Origin: Microthyrium microscopicum
Lineage: Eukaryota
Direction of reading: 5' to 3'
DNA length: 64,000 nucleotides
Assembly: GCA_010405405.1 (NCBI GenBank)
Contig: MU004236.1
Span: 917,457 to 981,456 of the forward strand
Shown here: piece by piece, positions 21,099-34,837 of the stretch
Numbering within the stretch: the stretch's first letter is position 1
Layout: every line of letters begins with the position of its first letter
Translations under genes and position numbers: made by a program
Notes under the pieces: generated by a model
Told to the model about the DNA's origin: nothing
The model's database searches: none
What the model saw: only the letters and a program-made list of their open reading frames with translations

Positions 21099-21920
21099 TT
21101 TAAAGCAGCGCGAGGGTCGGTAGAGCGGGATAAACTCCAAAGTAAAGATGTTGAGCTCTGTGAGCCGGTGTTTCTTATCGGGGAATGAACTGCAAGGCGT
21201 TGGGCTGTAAAGCTATCCAGAAGCTATAGGTGCGTATTTCTTGATGCAGCTGCCACCCCTTGACTTGGACTTGGGTTGGGATTCGTCTGATTTGAGAGTG
21301 AGGCGGTGCGAATCTTCTGATTGCACAGACTACTCCTTGTAGCGCTTTGTACTACAGCACACTCCCACTCTACAGAGACTGTTTCCGTGGGCTCTTTTAC
21401 TTCAGTGTGGTTCTGACCTTTTCTGGATGTGGGATGTAATATCGTGGAAGTGAATTTGAATAAAACAAATCGAATATATACTTTTCCGAGAATCATCTTA
21501 TCGTGCAGTTTTGTAATGAACTTCATATGATGCAGGCTATGTTGGTCAGTGATCATCCGTATTGGTAACGGCGTTCTTGATTGATCTTCCATCACCATCT
21601 CAAAGAACCAGAACATCTTCCTGGAATTTAGATTTGACCTGGGCGTATGTCATTGAACCACATTCGGCCTGGAGTAAATCCGATCTAACTCTCATAGAGC
21701 GACTACGGGGCTTTGTTACATAAAGTCTCTCTAAGTTTGGATCAGGACCAATTCGATAGAGCCGTTTTACGCCCGGTCGTGTAACGAGTCAATTCGACAA
21801 GGCTGATTCCTCAAATTTTCTTTCCTCGAAACAGCCTTGCGATAAGAGCTATGAAGGCCAGCTTCGGATAAAGCCATTGAATTATCCCACTTGCCACGAT
21901 TTATCAAACTCTTGAGAGCA

Positions 21921-23970
21921 ATGGCCAGTGATGTCGAGCTGACTGAGATGTCGCAACGCTCATCCAGTGACCAGCCTGCTGTACTACCCTTTGCTCTCAA
22001 TGAAAATGAAATCTACACCTCAAGCCCCGCTGCCGAGTTTAGGCTCGGTAGAGGAACAGTGATGTCGCTAGTGATCAATAGAATGATTGGTGAGTGCATT
22101 TAGAAGCAGAATGACACGATACTGATTTTCCTAGGATCCGGGATATTTTCAAACGCAGGTACTATGTTTCGAAGCACAAATTCCACCGGAGTAGCCATGA
22201 TTCTGTGGTCAGTGGGAGTCCTGTATGCCACGGCCGGAGTTGTTATTCACATTGAGTACGGCTTGAGCGTGCCCCGATGGGTAGTCGATGGTGTTAAGAT
22301 CGCAGTGCCTAGATCTGGCGGTGATCTAAACTATGTCAGTTGTCCTGCCTGTTCGCGATCTTAAAAGCCATTGAGCTCATTACTTTTCCCAGCTGGCCTA
22401 TGTGTTCGCCCGCCCTGCCTACCGAAAGGATACCGTACAATTCATTGTTGTGCTTTATGGCCTCGCTTTCATTTTTTTCGGTACCATGGCTGGTAATGCG
22501 ATCATGTGTGGTATCCAATTGCTAAAGGCAACGCATCCGGAAGGCGCGGATCCAGATGGTCGTCAGGTGAGAGGCATTGCCATATGTCTGACGACCGGCG
22601 CACTTTTTATCCACGGTCTGAGTCGTCGCGGCGGTCTTGCTCTTAGCAATTGTTTTGCCGTTGTCAAGCTCGGAATGTTGCTCGTCATCATTGGCACCAC
22701 TATTGCATACTTGGTTGGTAGCATTGGACCATCTCCTGCTCTTGAAACCACAGCCTGGGCTCAACAGCCTTTTTTTAGCCATGGGACAATCTCAAAGAAC
22801 ACTACCTTTCTGGAGAACATTTACTTGGAAAACTCCTTCAAGAAACCAAGTAATGATCCTCACGGCTACTCGGACGCTTTTCTTGCGGTGATATACACCT
22901 TCTGGGGATTTGAACAGGCGAATTATGTCCTCGGAGAAATCAACAGTCCTCATCGCAAGTTTCCTATAGCGCTCGGGCTCTCTGTAAGCATCGTTTCTGT
23001 TCTTTACGTCGCAGTCAACATCTGCTACTGGGCAGTTGTACCTCAGTATATTGCTGCGAAACCCAATCAAAACATTGCGGAAGCTTTCTTCACGATTACA
23101 CTTGGATCCCTTCGTCCGGACTATCCGTACCTGGGCATACGCATTGCAAGCGCTTTCATTGCCGTGTCTACACTTGGCAATCTCATCGTCATGTCCTATA
23201 CAGCAACACGAGTGAAGCAAGAGATTGCAAAGGAGGGCTTTTTGCCTCTGCCAAAATTCTTTGTGCCAAACTACGATATCTCGATTGGACGGATTATCAT
23301 CTGGATGCAGCGCATGTCTTTCTTGCCCCAAAGATGGCCATTTAGTCAAAGATGGCTTGCTCCGATCAACTTTCGGGAAGGTACTCCTGTTGGCGCCTCG
23401 ATATTGCATTTGATATCATGCTCTATTCTCTTTGTCGCAACAGCGCATATGCGAGCCACTGACGCATACATTGTGTTGACTGGTATCTCGTCATACCTCA
23501 TCAATGGATTCTTCGGTTGTCTGTTGGCGCTTGGTATTCTCTGGCTGCGTCTTTTCAGGTCAAAGGAATGGAAGAAGAAATCAGCAGCTGTTCGTCCGAG
23601 CGTAAGCATTGCCGCCGCCGCTATTTATCTTGTTCTTAATGCATTGCCAGTGATATCAAATTGTATGCCTTCACGCCAACAATCGCCTCTGAAATGGTAC
23701 CTGCTTCCTCTAGTAAGCTGGGGTACACTGGTTTGTGGGCTTCTATGGTACTTAGGCTTCTTGATGATTGTGAGAAGGAAGGATAGAAAAACCAATACGG
23801 TTATTGCCGTCATCAAAAGACCGGATGTGAGAGAAGATCCACCGTATTCTGGGATATGGGTGCAGGTTCACGAGACCTCATTCATCGATAGGCTACCAAC
23901 AGAAGAAGCAGATCGTTTTCAGCACGACAAAGCAATCAACATAGAAACGAGAGATGGGGCTGACGTTTGA
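21921..23970 (+). CDS. APC-family amino acid permease, Mup1/LAT-like
   Basis: LVINRMIG/SGIF, EYGLSVPR, VPRSGGDLNY, YVLGEI, RVKQEIAKEG motifs and ~12 hydrophobic segments. Two 5' introns. Confidence 0.85.
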
Positions 23971-24474
23971 CGATGTGGTGTCTGGTGGCTTTGGCCAGAG
24001 TTTAGGGGTTGCCCCTTAATCAAAAGGGACATGCTTCATAAAGCCGCCATCTCCCTTCTTCAACAGCGCCCAAAGACCTTACTTGTATGACCTGTCTTGC
24101 CTGTTACCTTCTATATGTTATTATACATCGCGAGTTGACTACTGAGTGCTTGCCTATATTATATGATTGGCAGCCTATGACTTTTTTCCTCTATTGACAG
24201 ATAGTTACGAGTTAGTCGGCAATGCTCGTCTCATATTCAACATCATCTTGGCATCATCATGGAAAAGCGTGAAAAAGGTTAATGTAAGGCTGAAGTAAGA
24301 TCTATATTCATCAATGCAGTTCTTAAAGACCGACACTAACCGCTTGTTGTTTGTTGACCTCATGTCGGACGCGCTCCGAGCCCCCACTGCCGACCAGCCT
24401 TCCCGCATCTTGACTTGCCGCCCACCATACCGTCCCCGCATCCATGGAATCAACGCGGTCAGAACAATTTGAGA

Positions 24475-24480
24475 CCGAGG
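24475..24480. promoter_or_regulatory. CCGAGG (FarA/FarB/CTF1-type) motif upstream of FATP gene
   Basis: Exact hexamer ~110 nt before ATG 24592. Confidence 0.45.
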
Positions 24481-24591
24481 GAGTTGCTGGGCTGGGCTGA
24501 TGTTTTAATGCCTTGGTTTTTCGCGTGTCTGTAGTTTTGTTGATACCCTGTTGTTCTTTCTTCTGTTCGTTATCCACACTGCTTTGACGAA

Positions 24592-26650
24592 ATGGCACAA
24601 TTGATCTCTTCGAGTGCTGCAGTAGCTGCGGCGGCCACGACGGCAGGTGCTTTATACTTGGATGGAAAATACAATATCTCGAGGGATATTCAGCAATTAC
24701 TGTCGGATCGTAGATGGAGAAAGAGAATGCAGAATCGAATCGACGAGCTGGGGGAACATGTTCATAGCTATCGCATGTATCAACTCGCAAAGCAGGATGT
24801 TGAAGCTCTGTGGTTTGAGGGACGTGGGTGGACGTATGCGGAGGCTCTGAACAGTGAGTAGTTGGGCAATTGCCAGAATTCTGATGCTAACGAAGAGTTT
24901 TGTAGATGCGGATTCGCTAGCAGAGGTTCTATATCATCAAGGGATTCGATGTGGAGACTTTGTAGCAGTTTTCATGACCAATTCGCCAGAGTTTGTGTTT
25001 ACGCTGCTAGCTTTAGCTAAGATTGGAGCTATACCAGCGCTGTTGAATGTGGCCCTCAGAAGTGAGTTTGGCTGTGAAGCTGCCCAACGTATTGTGACTT
25101 TGTGCTGATACGTCCACTTGCAGATGAGACACTGCTTCATTGTATGAACATCGCAAATACGACCAAGATAATAGCAACTGCAGATCTCGTTGAGCACCTA
25201 GACGCAATAGTAGCTGGTAAAGAAGATACCGTTACACTATTCCAACTCAACATCGGCTCCTTCGCCGGCACCACCAAGCAAGCAAATATAAACATCACTG
25301 ACCAAACTCTCGGCTCGGTGGCCACAAATGACGTCCCTATAGCCGTCAAGAACATTACAGATATTGCTGCTCTTATATACACCTCTGGTACAAGCGGCAA
25401 GCCCAAAGCCGTCTCGATCAAAACCATACTCTTCGTCATAACCTCAACACCTCTGTGCAAAGATATTGACAAGTCCCCCGGCGACATTCGTATCTACTCC
25501 TGTCTTCCACTCTTCCATGGTACCTGCATTTTCACGGCCTTTATGTATGGTGTTGGGAGCAGCGGCACCTTCTGCTTGGCTCGAAAGTTCTCTGCATCTG
25601 GCTTCTCTGCGGCCCTCAAGGCCAGTCGTGCCGACCGCATGCTATACGTTGGCGAGCTATGTCGCTATCTTCTCAAAGCTCCACCATCGCCGCATGATCG
25701 CACACACAACTGCCGGATTGCGTCAGGTAATGGCCTCCAAGGGGATATCTGGCAGGCATTCCAAAAGCGCTTCAATATCGATGAGATCCGCGAGTTCTAT
25801 CGATCCACGGAAGGTATCGCGAAGTTCGACAACTTTGCCGGTGGACCTGCGGCAGCTGGCAAGTGTGGATTCGCAGGTCCGATATATCGCTTCTTCAATG
25901 ATGTCACATACTTAGTGCGCTTTGATCCAGTCACACAAGGACCATGGCGAGATCCAGGCACGGGATTCTGCGTTCCAGCAAGGCTGGGTGAGCCGGGCGA
26001 GGCGATTGGAAGAGTGGCGAGTATGGCGACATATCATGACTACTTGGGCAATCCAGAGGCGAACGAGAAGAAACTTATCAGAGATGTGTTCAAGAAAGGT
26101 GACGTGTTCCAGCGAAGCGGCGACCTGTTGTTGCATTCGAAGGACGGATGGATCAAGTTTGTGGAGAGGGCTGGTGATAGTTATAGGTGGAAAGGAGAGA
26201 ATGTGTCGGCTGGAGAGGTCAAAGATCATATCACCAAGTCAACAGAGGTACAAGATTGCGAGGTATACGGTACAATATTGGACCGGTGAGTTTCATTCCT
26301 AATCGTTACGTGAAATGTCGCTAAGTATTTTTAGATATGACGGGCAAGCCGGAGCAGCGGCCGTGATCTTGCATAATCCAGCGTTGCAAGAGCAGTTTAT
26401 GTCAGGTCTGTACGAGAAACTACGAACCCAAGGCTTGACGGAGTACCAGGTGCCTCGCTTGGTGCGATTCATTCCTGCAATGAGTGTCAACGCTACTTTC
26501 AAGAATCTCAAGACTGAATTGAAGACTCTCACATGGGATCCTTTGAAGCAGAGACCTGGCGAAGGCCTTTGGGTTCTTAACGGCTCGAAGTATGTCAGGC
26601 TGGATGAAAATGGCTGGAGAGATGTTCAGTCCGGACAGGCTCGTCTGTAA
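24592..26650 (+). CDS. Fatty acid transport protein / very-long-chain acyl-CoA synthetase (Fat1/CefD1-like), peroxisomal
   Basis: IYTSGTSGKPK AMP-binding motif, YVGELCRY, DVFKKGD..QRSGD, GDSYRWKGENVS FATP motif. Three introns. C-terminal ARL (PTS1). Confidence 0.9.
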
Positions 26651-27116
26651 TGACTCGATCCTGAAGAGTCCTGTAAATAATAGAAGTATAGATATTGCGC
26701 CACTAATACAAGATAGAATACACAACTAAAGGAATCTGAATGTCTTATGTCTGACTAACGAGCCGGTCTGTGAGAAGGTGGAAAGAAGCTGGACAATTAT
26801 ATATTCCCAACAGTCTATTGCCAACAGTTATTCTAAAGTAATGCTAACGGTTTCCCATCTTCTGATTTTCTTTAGCATATGTAAGTTCTATCAAGTTGCT
26901 ATATCAAGCGGCTACAACCTCTATTCCCGGGCAAATTCAATGAAATTTAGAGACCGGCTTGACATGAGTTGGATAACAGTGAAAGTTTTCTAAGACCGTG
27001 AACTAAAGAGTATGGCTTGATTTATTTGATCTCAAGTTGTTTATTTATCATGGCCCTACAGAATGGCGTGAGAAAGCAACGTCTTCTAGCTCACGAGCTC
27101 TCGCTCAACACAGCAA

Positions 27117-27122
27117 CCTCGG
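27117..27122. promoter_or_regulatory. CCTCGG (FarA/FarB-type) motif upstream of quinone oxidoreductase
   Basis: Exact hexamer ~135 nt before ATG 27258. Confidence 0.45.
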
Positions 27123-27257
27123 ATGTCAACCTTCAACTTCACGTTTCACGTATTGAGCCATTACACCTTTTTACAATAGCAGAAAAGTATATCACTATAG
27201 CATTTTTGAGTCTTCCAGCGGACAGACCATTCTTATCATTTCAAATATACCACAACG

Positions 27258-28386
27258 ATGCGTGGAATACAAATCAAGGAGTACGTCAAGGTAAGCGGGG
27301 ATCTCTCATGACAATCAAATGTCACTTCTAACAACAGCCCAGGGACCAGAGGAGCTAAAGATACAAGATCTACCAGATCCAGTGCCAAAAGAGGACCAAT
27401 ATCTGATCGCAATCCACGCTTCCGCCACCAACTTCTTCGACCTGCTCCAAATCAGCGGCAAATACCAACATCAACCAGCCTTCCCATGGACAGCCGGCGC
27501 CGAATTTGCAGGCGTTGTTCTCCAAAGCCCCCAGAAGCTCGCAGGAGGAAAAACCCCAAAATTCAAAGCCGGCGATAAAGTCTTCGGCTCCTCCCAAGGC
27601 GGCTATGCCTCCAAAATTGTCGCTTTCGAAACTAGCCTACGGCCGGTCCCGCAAGGATGGAGCTACTCTGACGCAGCCGGTCTCTTCGTCACCGCACCAA
27701 CTAGCTACGGTGCTCTAGTAACACGAGCAGGTGTCAAGAAAGGTAAACCCCTTCTCCATCTATACACCTACCTAGATCTCTCGACTAACTCACCATCAGG
27801 CGACTGGGTACTCGTCCACGCCGCAGCCGGCGGCGTCGGTCTGGCAGCCGTGCAAATTGCCAAAGCTTTCGGCGCAACTGTAATTGCGACCGCGGGCACA
27901 GCGCATAAACTTGACGTTGCGCGCAGTTTTGGCGCAGATTTTGCTATCAACTATAAAGATGACAGCTGGCCGGAGCAAGTCAAGAAAATCACGCCCAATG
28001 GCCGTGGAGTCGACATTGTGTATGATCCAGTCGGGCTAATCAGTTTGAGCACCAAGTGTATCAATTGGAACGGACGGTTGCTTGTTATTGGATTTGTGGG
28101 TGGTGAGATTGAGAAGGTGGCGACGAATCGCATCTTGCTGAAGAACATTAGTGTTATGGGGTTGCATTGGGGCGCGTATGCAAAGTTTGAGCCGGAGACG
28201 ATAGAGACGGTTTGGGATGGGCTGTTTGGACTGATTGCGGAAGGTAAGTTCCGCGGGACGTGTTATACGGATAAGGAGTATGTTGGGTTGGAGAGTGTAC
28301 CGGGTGCTTTGAAGGCGTTGGGTGCGAGGGATACTTGGGGAAAGGTGGTTGTGAAAGTACCGCAGGGGGAAGATGCTAAGTTGTAG
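27258..28386 (+). CDS. Zeta-crystallin/NADPH:quinone oxidoreductase (MDR family), peroxisomal
   Basis: MRGIQIKEYVK|GPEEL, NFFDLLQ..GKYQ, VLVHAAAGGVGLAA, GVDIVYDPVG. Introns ~27291-27342 and ~27743-27799. C-terminal AKL (PTS1). Confidence 0.9.
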
Positions 28387-28777
28387 TAGCTTGATATGAA
28401 GTGTGGATGTTGAGGAAGGGTGATTTAGATATTATCTTCATCTGGAGATTCCACTGATAAATACTAGCATATTAGAAGCATTCAAGTCATAAACTCAGCA
28501 GTACACTATTCGAGTATGGGTTCTTTGTGGCGTTGACGTTGGGAGCCTCGATTTTGTATGGCTTCTGCCAGCGTCGCAATAGGAAGAAGTAACCAAATAC
28601 TCATGAAATGGCGATAAAATCAAGTCTGTTCGCTACTGACAAGTCCTGAATGCAAGACAACACATAGGACCTAAAATCTACAATAAACAAAGTCGTGCAT
28701 TGAAGCACGAATCGCTCCCTACTACCATGCTGAGCCATTTTGAATCAAGTACCAAGCTCAAACTATGCGTCATAAGC

Positions 28778-30042
28778 TTAGTTACCTGGGTTCTCCTTGG
28801 CCCAGGCGACGCCCTTTTTGATGTTCTTTGCCAAATCCTCCACACAAGCATCAACCAACTTCTGTTCATATGGAGTGACTTTGCCAATGGGGTGGATCTT
28901 CTCGACACCGTTGGGGCCGAGCTCAACGTTGGTTGAGAAGTAGTCACATCCACGGTCCTTGAACAATGGGCTGTCGACAAAAGTTGGCTCAATGACACCC
29001 TTTTCTCCTTGAGAGGCCTTGAGAAGCGACTCGGCGAAACGAGCACCAGCCATGGCCATGGATAGAGTAGCAGATCCGGCACCAGCCTTGGCTTGAACGA
29101 CCTCGTCACCACCAAATTGGACACGGCGGGTGAAGTCATCAAGGGCCTGTCCGTCTAGGGAGTATCCGGATTGCGAGAGGAGAGGAACAATTGTAACACC
29201 GGAGTGACCACCAATGACAGTGATGTTCTCGTTGGCGGGATCGTTGTTCTTGATTTCGCTAATGAAGCGGCTAGCGCGGACTACATCGAGGGTGGTGACA
29301 CCGAAAAGACGCTTGGGGTTGTAGACGCCACGGGCCTTGAAGACTTCTGCGGTGATAGGAACGGTGGAGTTGACCTATACAATGTAAGTTTTTGCTATGT
29401 ACGTTGTTCAATGGACATACTGGGTTAGCAATAACGCAGATGTTGGCTTCGGGAGCGTGTTCAGCGCATGCCTTTGCAAGATCACGGACGATGGAGGCGT
29501 TGGTATTGAACAAGTCTATTCTGGTGAGTTTTAAGCCTTGTGAGACACAATTGAAAGCCTTACCATCACGTGTCATGCCAGGCTTGCGTGGAACACCAGC
29601 TGGGATGATGACAATCTCGGCGCCAGTAAGACATTCGCGGAGAGCTGATGGGGTCTGATCGTAGCCGGTAACCTTGCTCTTGGTGTTGATATGTCCAACA
29701 TCAGCGGCAACACCTAGAGAGCCATCAGGTCAGTCTTGAAATTGTTGTGTAAAGGGTGATTGGCAAATCTACCTGGAGCTAGGCGGATATCGTAAAGGGC
29801 GAGCTCCGTAACTCGGGGATTGAGCTTGAGGAGAAGGGAAAGAGGTTGCCCGATTCCACCGGAAGCTCCAAGAACAGCGACCTTGGTAGCCTACGATGAT
29901 ATAAATTAGCATTGAACCCCAACTGCAGACAAATAGACAAAAATGTAGAAGATAGCATGAGAGGAAGATCACATACCTGGCGAGCGGAAGCCGAGAAAGC
30001 TCTCCGCTGAGCAGTTGCAAAGACTTGACGAGCAGCAAACAT
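28778..30042 (-). CDS. MDH1: Mitochondrial NAD-dependent malate dehydrogenase
   Basis: Presequence [76 protein letters not shown] motifs. Several introns. Confidence 0.95.
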
Positions 30043-31728
30043 GATGTCGAAGATAAGAAAGGGTGGAAGGAGTGATAAGAGGGGAGATGGGACAGTAAGA
30101 AGAGGTGCTTGAGCAAGCTTGACTGAGAGAATAGATCGTGAGAATTTCGAATGCGCTCAAGCCGAAGTCAGGCGGAGGTTGAAGCTCGGGCCACCATTAT
30201 ACCAACGCCCGAACGATGATCGTGCCTTCAACAACTCAACATCTTTTCAATCGATAAAGTATTTCTATTGAGAGAGCCTACATACGTTGAACCTGATCTA
30301 TTGTACTCGCGTCCTTCGCTGAATCAAACAGGTTATTCGCACCTGAAGTTACTACTTGTACTTCTTCAGAATTGCTAGATTAGGTACTTCAGCTCACCAT
30401 CTATCGCAGCATAGTTGCGGTCGCGGAACGTCTCTCACTTGTATGTGAGAGTTGTTGATTGTACAAATTATATCATTAGCGTGCGGATCGTTTTGCAATT
30501 GAATTTGCTCTTAGAAACCTGTTGACCCCGCGTTGACTTGTATTTCTAAACGCTGTTACACGCCAAAATTGCCCACATCAACGATGGACGTCGCATGACA
30601 GTGCAAAATTTTGATAGCCGTCTTTAGCTCTCACTGTATCTGTATACAACAGCCAGTTTGTTTTAGTTTCTAGTGCATAATAAATGTAGTGAAAGTTGTC
30701 AGCAAGGTTGATGGGTACTGTTCATAAGGAGATATATTCGGGAGTATTCGGAATTCCACATAATTGCTCTGATTATGCATGTGTGCATTGTCAAAGCAGC
30801 TCTGGGACTCGAATCGACCAGATTGACATCAGTCCAAGGAGGTGTCCAATACGTCCAATTCTGCTCAAGCTTCAAATTCGACAGTTTCTGCATACTAGTA
30901 GTTGTGGGAATCGCCGAAAAGATGTGGTCCGCACTGCTGAAAAATAATGCAGACATAAAGTATCAAACCAAGAACCTCGGATTTGAAGTGAATTGAACTT
31001 TTGAGCCTAAGTGAGGGCGAACAATGAGGTGTTTGTATCCGCTGCTGTCTCCCGTCCGGGTACCTGGCGGCTGCTATCAAGGAGGCAGGAAAACTTCTTT
31101 GAGCATTGTGCATACATGTACTAATATAGTAAACGTGGGTGAAGACCTGACATTTCCTATATCGGTATTCCGTACACCATTAGAAGCACGCCATCAAATT
31201 TTGGTGATGAATTTGTGTTTTATATCTAAAGTCTAGAGCTCCTTTCAGACAGAAAAAGAGCGACTACAGTTTCATATAACACACATCCTAGGAGGCATTA
31301 ACTTTCCAATCCAATACGAACCTTGAGCTTTCAATCCCCTCTTCATCTTCTATCAAAAATTGGTAAGTTGTATTTCCCCTGTATGAAGACAGCCTTCGCT
31401 TGGGCATGTGGATAGGGAGAAAGCAGAAACATGTCCAGGAGCTAGGAATCAGGAACTTGGAGAAAGGCGTGACTAACTCGCTGAACAGATTTGTCGCATA
31501 GCGTTTGCATACGAATATACGGAGCAAACATCTTATCGAAACCTGTATCGGACACAATCACACAGTTGTCACGATCAATGAGCTTTGGTCATAGTCAAAG
31601 CGTCGTCGTCTGCCTTCAAGGCTGTATCTTCTGCTTCAACAATCTCTAGACCTTGAAGCACAACAGGTTGGAATTAGCAAAGGATTGTGCAGAAAATAAT
31701 TCGGAATCTACGGGGCCTGGCAGCACCA

Positions 31729-31979
31729 CCTCGGCAGCCATCAGCCGGTTCACCAAGACCGAATCAGGCAAAGTGTGGAAGAGGACAACCAACCACCGCC
31801 GTTGTGTGAAGCTTTCCCTTCATCCAGACTGTCCATTGCTTGCTGGAACCTGTCAAGTCTCTGCATACAGACTTTTTTGCAAGCATCTGCCTATTGTTTC
31901 CACTTGCACGCGCACCACACGAACCTTCTTTTGATCCGCATAGCATCATCTCTCGTTCTTCTTTGTCCTTGAACCGAGG
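31729..31979. promoter_or_regulatory. Two FarA/FarB-type motifs (CCTCGG 31729-31734, CCGAGG 31974-31979) upstream of carnitine acetyltransferase
   Basis: Exact hexamers. A third CCTCGG lies at 30975-30980 in the same MDH/CAT divergent spacer. Confidence 0.45.
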
Positions 31980-32135
31980 TGGCCCGCGCCTGTCATTCTC
32001 TACTACCACACACTCTACTGTGGTGCCCACCCACCCCCGGCCCAACTCTCCGCCCTCGAGCCTATATTGTGCATTTGAGCTTCGGCTCCCGTTATACTTG
32101 CCCTTTCGGCCGTCAGTTATCCTCAAGTGCCGGGC

Positions 32136-34324
32136 ATGTTCAATGCACTCAATGGCATTGTTAGAGCCCGAGCTCCCCTGCAATCAACCTCGTTGTTGAG
32201 AGCTCGACTGCCTGTGTTTACTTCAAGTCCAAAGGTATGCTGCCGCGCCCATCTCCAAAATCATGTATCATGCATGTGATATTGCTTCGCTGCTAACCAA
32301 TCGCATAGTACTTTTCCGCTATGGCACCAAAGAAATCATCGGTCCCTAATGGTACGTAAACACGCAACTACACTTGGCGAAACATTTGTATTCAACAAGA
32401 TCTTTGGGCTAATTATATCTTTTATATAGGCTATGTCGAAGACTTATCCAAGGGCAAGATGCTCCGATTCGAGGACTCCCTACCTAAACTCCCTGTCCCG
32501 ACCCTCCAAGAGACTGCTCAAAAATATCTCAAATCCCTACACCCCCTTCTATCGAAAACGGAATTCGAAGCATCCACAAAAGCTGTAGAAGACTTTGTAC
32601 GGCCAGGTGGAAAGGGTGAAGAGCTTCAGAAACGTCTTGTAGCCAAGCGCGAGGATCCAAATGTCAAGAATTGGATTATCGACTGGTGGAACGAAGCAGC
32701 ATATCTTGGATACCGAGATCCTGTTGTTCCATACGTCAGCTATTTTTATTCTCACCGCGATGATAGAAAAAGAAGAGATCCGTCGAAGCGGGCTGCTGCA
32801 ATAACTACGGCTAGCTTGGAATTCAAGAAACAAGTCGATACTGGAGAGCTGGAACCAGAATATATGCGCAAAGCGCCTATTGCTATGAGCAGCTACGAAT
32901 ACATGTTCAACTGTTGCCGTATTCCAGCCACACCTTCGGACTACCCTCAAAAATACGATTTCAACGATCATAAGTACATCGTGGTTATTCGCAAAAACCA
33001 GTTCTTCAAGGTCTTACATGAAGTTGATGGCAAGCAGCTCAACACATCCGAACTAGAGCAGCAATTCCGCAAGATCTACGAAAAGGCCGAGGAGAAAGGA
33101 CCAGCGCTTGGTGTATTGACCAGTCAGCATCGTGATGCCTGGACTTACGTAAGTAGTGTTTCGAAAAACCTTGTAAGATGATCATGCTGACCAAAATCAG
33201 GCACGAGATCGACTCATAAATTCTAGCTCGCTCAATAAAGCCTCGCTCGAGGCTATCGAGGCTGCCTCATTCATCGTCTGCCTAGATGACGCGTCGCCTG
33301 TCACATTAGAAGAGAGATCAAATCAATATTGGCATGGTGATGGGCAAAATCGCTGGTTTGACAAGCCTTTGCAGTTTATTGTAAACGACAATGGAACAGC
33401 CGGCTTCCAAGGTGAACACAGTATGATGGATGGAACACCAACTCATCGATTGAACGACACTGCCAACATGCTCATTTTTACAAATGCCCTAGATTTCGAC
33501 AATCCCTCTGTTCGCTCCAACCTTCCTGAGCCACAGGCACTTCGATGGGAACTCAAGCAAGAAACTTTCGATGATATCGAAGCTGCACAAAAGCACTTTG
33601 ATCGCCAATTCGCTGACCACGATTTACGGGTTCAAGCCTATCAAGGATACGGCAAAGGCTTAATCAAAAAGTTCAAATGCTCACCTGATGCATACGTTCA
33701 ACTCCTCATTCAATTAGCCTATCGCAAGATGTACGGAGTTAATAGACCCACATATGAGTCGGCAGCAACCCGGAAATTCCAACTTGGCCGAACAGAAACT
33801 TGCCGAACAGTGTCTGACGAGAGTGTCGCGTGGACAACCGCCATGGAGGAATCAAACTTGGCCACTGATGAGTGCGTGAAGCTTTTCCGCTCAGCTCTCG
33901 ATGCACATGTCAAATACATTGCCGACGCCAGCGACGGCAAAGGAGTGGATCGTCATCTCTTTGGCCTCAAGAAATGTCTCAAGGAGGGAGAGCCTACTCC
34001 TGAAATCTACAATGATCCTGCATTAACATACTCTTCCAAGTGGTACATCAGCAGTAGTCAGTTGAGCAGTGAATACTTCAACGGTTATGGATGGAGTCAA
34101 GTCATTGACGAAGGTTGGGGGTGAGTAATGTCGAAATTTCTTACCATTATATTCACTGACCATAATTTAGTATCGCCTACATGATCAACGAAAACAGTCT
34201 CCAGTTCAACATTGTTAGCAAACATCTTGGAACTGACCGAATGAGCTTCTATCTCAACGAAGCTGCTAGCGACATGAGAGATCTTATGATGACTACGCTC
34301 GAATCTCCAAAGCCGAAGCTGTAA
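32136..34324 (+). CDS. CAT2: Carnitine O-acetyltransferase, dual mitochondrial/peroxisomal (Cat2/AcuJ-type)
   Basis: LPKLPVPTL, NRWFDK, GEHSMMDG (catalytic His), SPDAYVQ, TYESAATRKF..GRTET, GVDRHL. Upstream exon 32136-32234 encodes an Arg-rich presequence. C-terminus PKL. Confidence 0.92.
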
Positions 34325-34837
34325 AGTATTTGTCCGTGGCTATGTCCCTGCAATGTCGTATGTTTGGATAGCGACATCATTCATCTCTGTGTGCAACAAA
34401 TAGGGATTGGAGAACTTTGATTTCTACCCGAACCAGCATAATTGCTCTACTAGACAGTGCGTTTAGTCCTGCCAAGGACGAGTTTCCTTTTCATTTCCTG
34501 TAACTTATCATTGTACGGCGGTGAGGCATGAACCGCCTGGGTTGATGACATCACTTGATTGTTTATGGATAGATGTCGGCATGCGCGGTGTATGTGTGTT
34601 CCTTGGTGGGCGGTCATATTTCACATATGTACTGATGTTGATTGTTTAAACTAGTCTAGATGCACCTACAATCTATTAGCCAAGCTGATGAGCTTTAACA
34701 GTATATTCCCTCTCAAGAGCTTCAAGTGTTCACGAAAATCCAAACACGAATTGGAATTGGCAACCTATATTTACATGTCTTCAAATCCAAGGGAAACAAC
34801 TGCTAGTCTCACTATTCTCTACGGACTATCTACCAAA

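Noticed and set aside
28740..28800. Cryptic PTS1 on MDH by stop readthrough
   Set aside because: The stop is TAA, and readthrough would add AYDA*, which is not a PTS1
30696..31557. Short ORFs in the MDH-CAT spacer
   Set aside because: No homology cues; treated as promoter sequence
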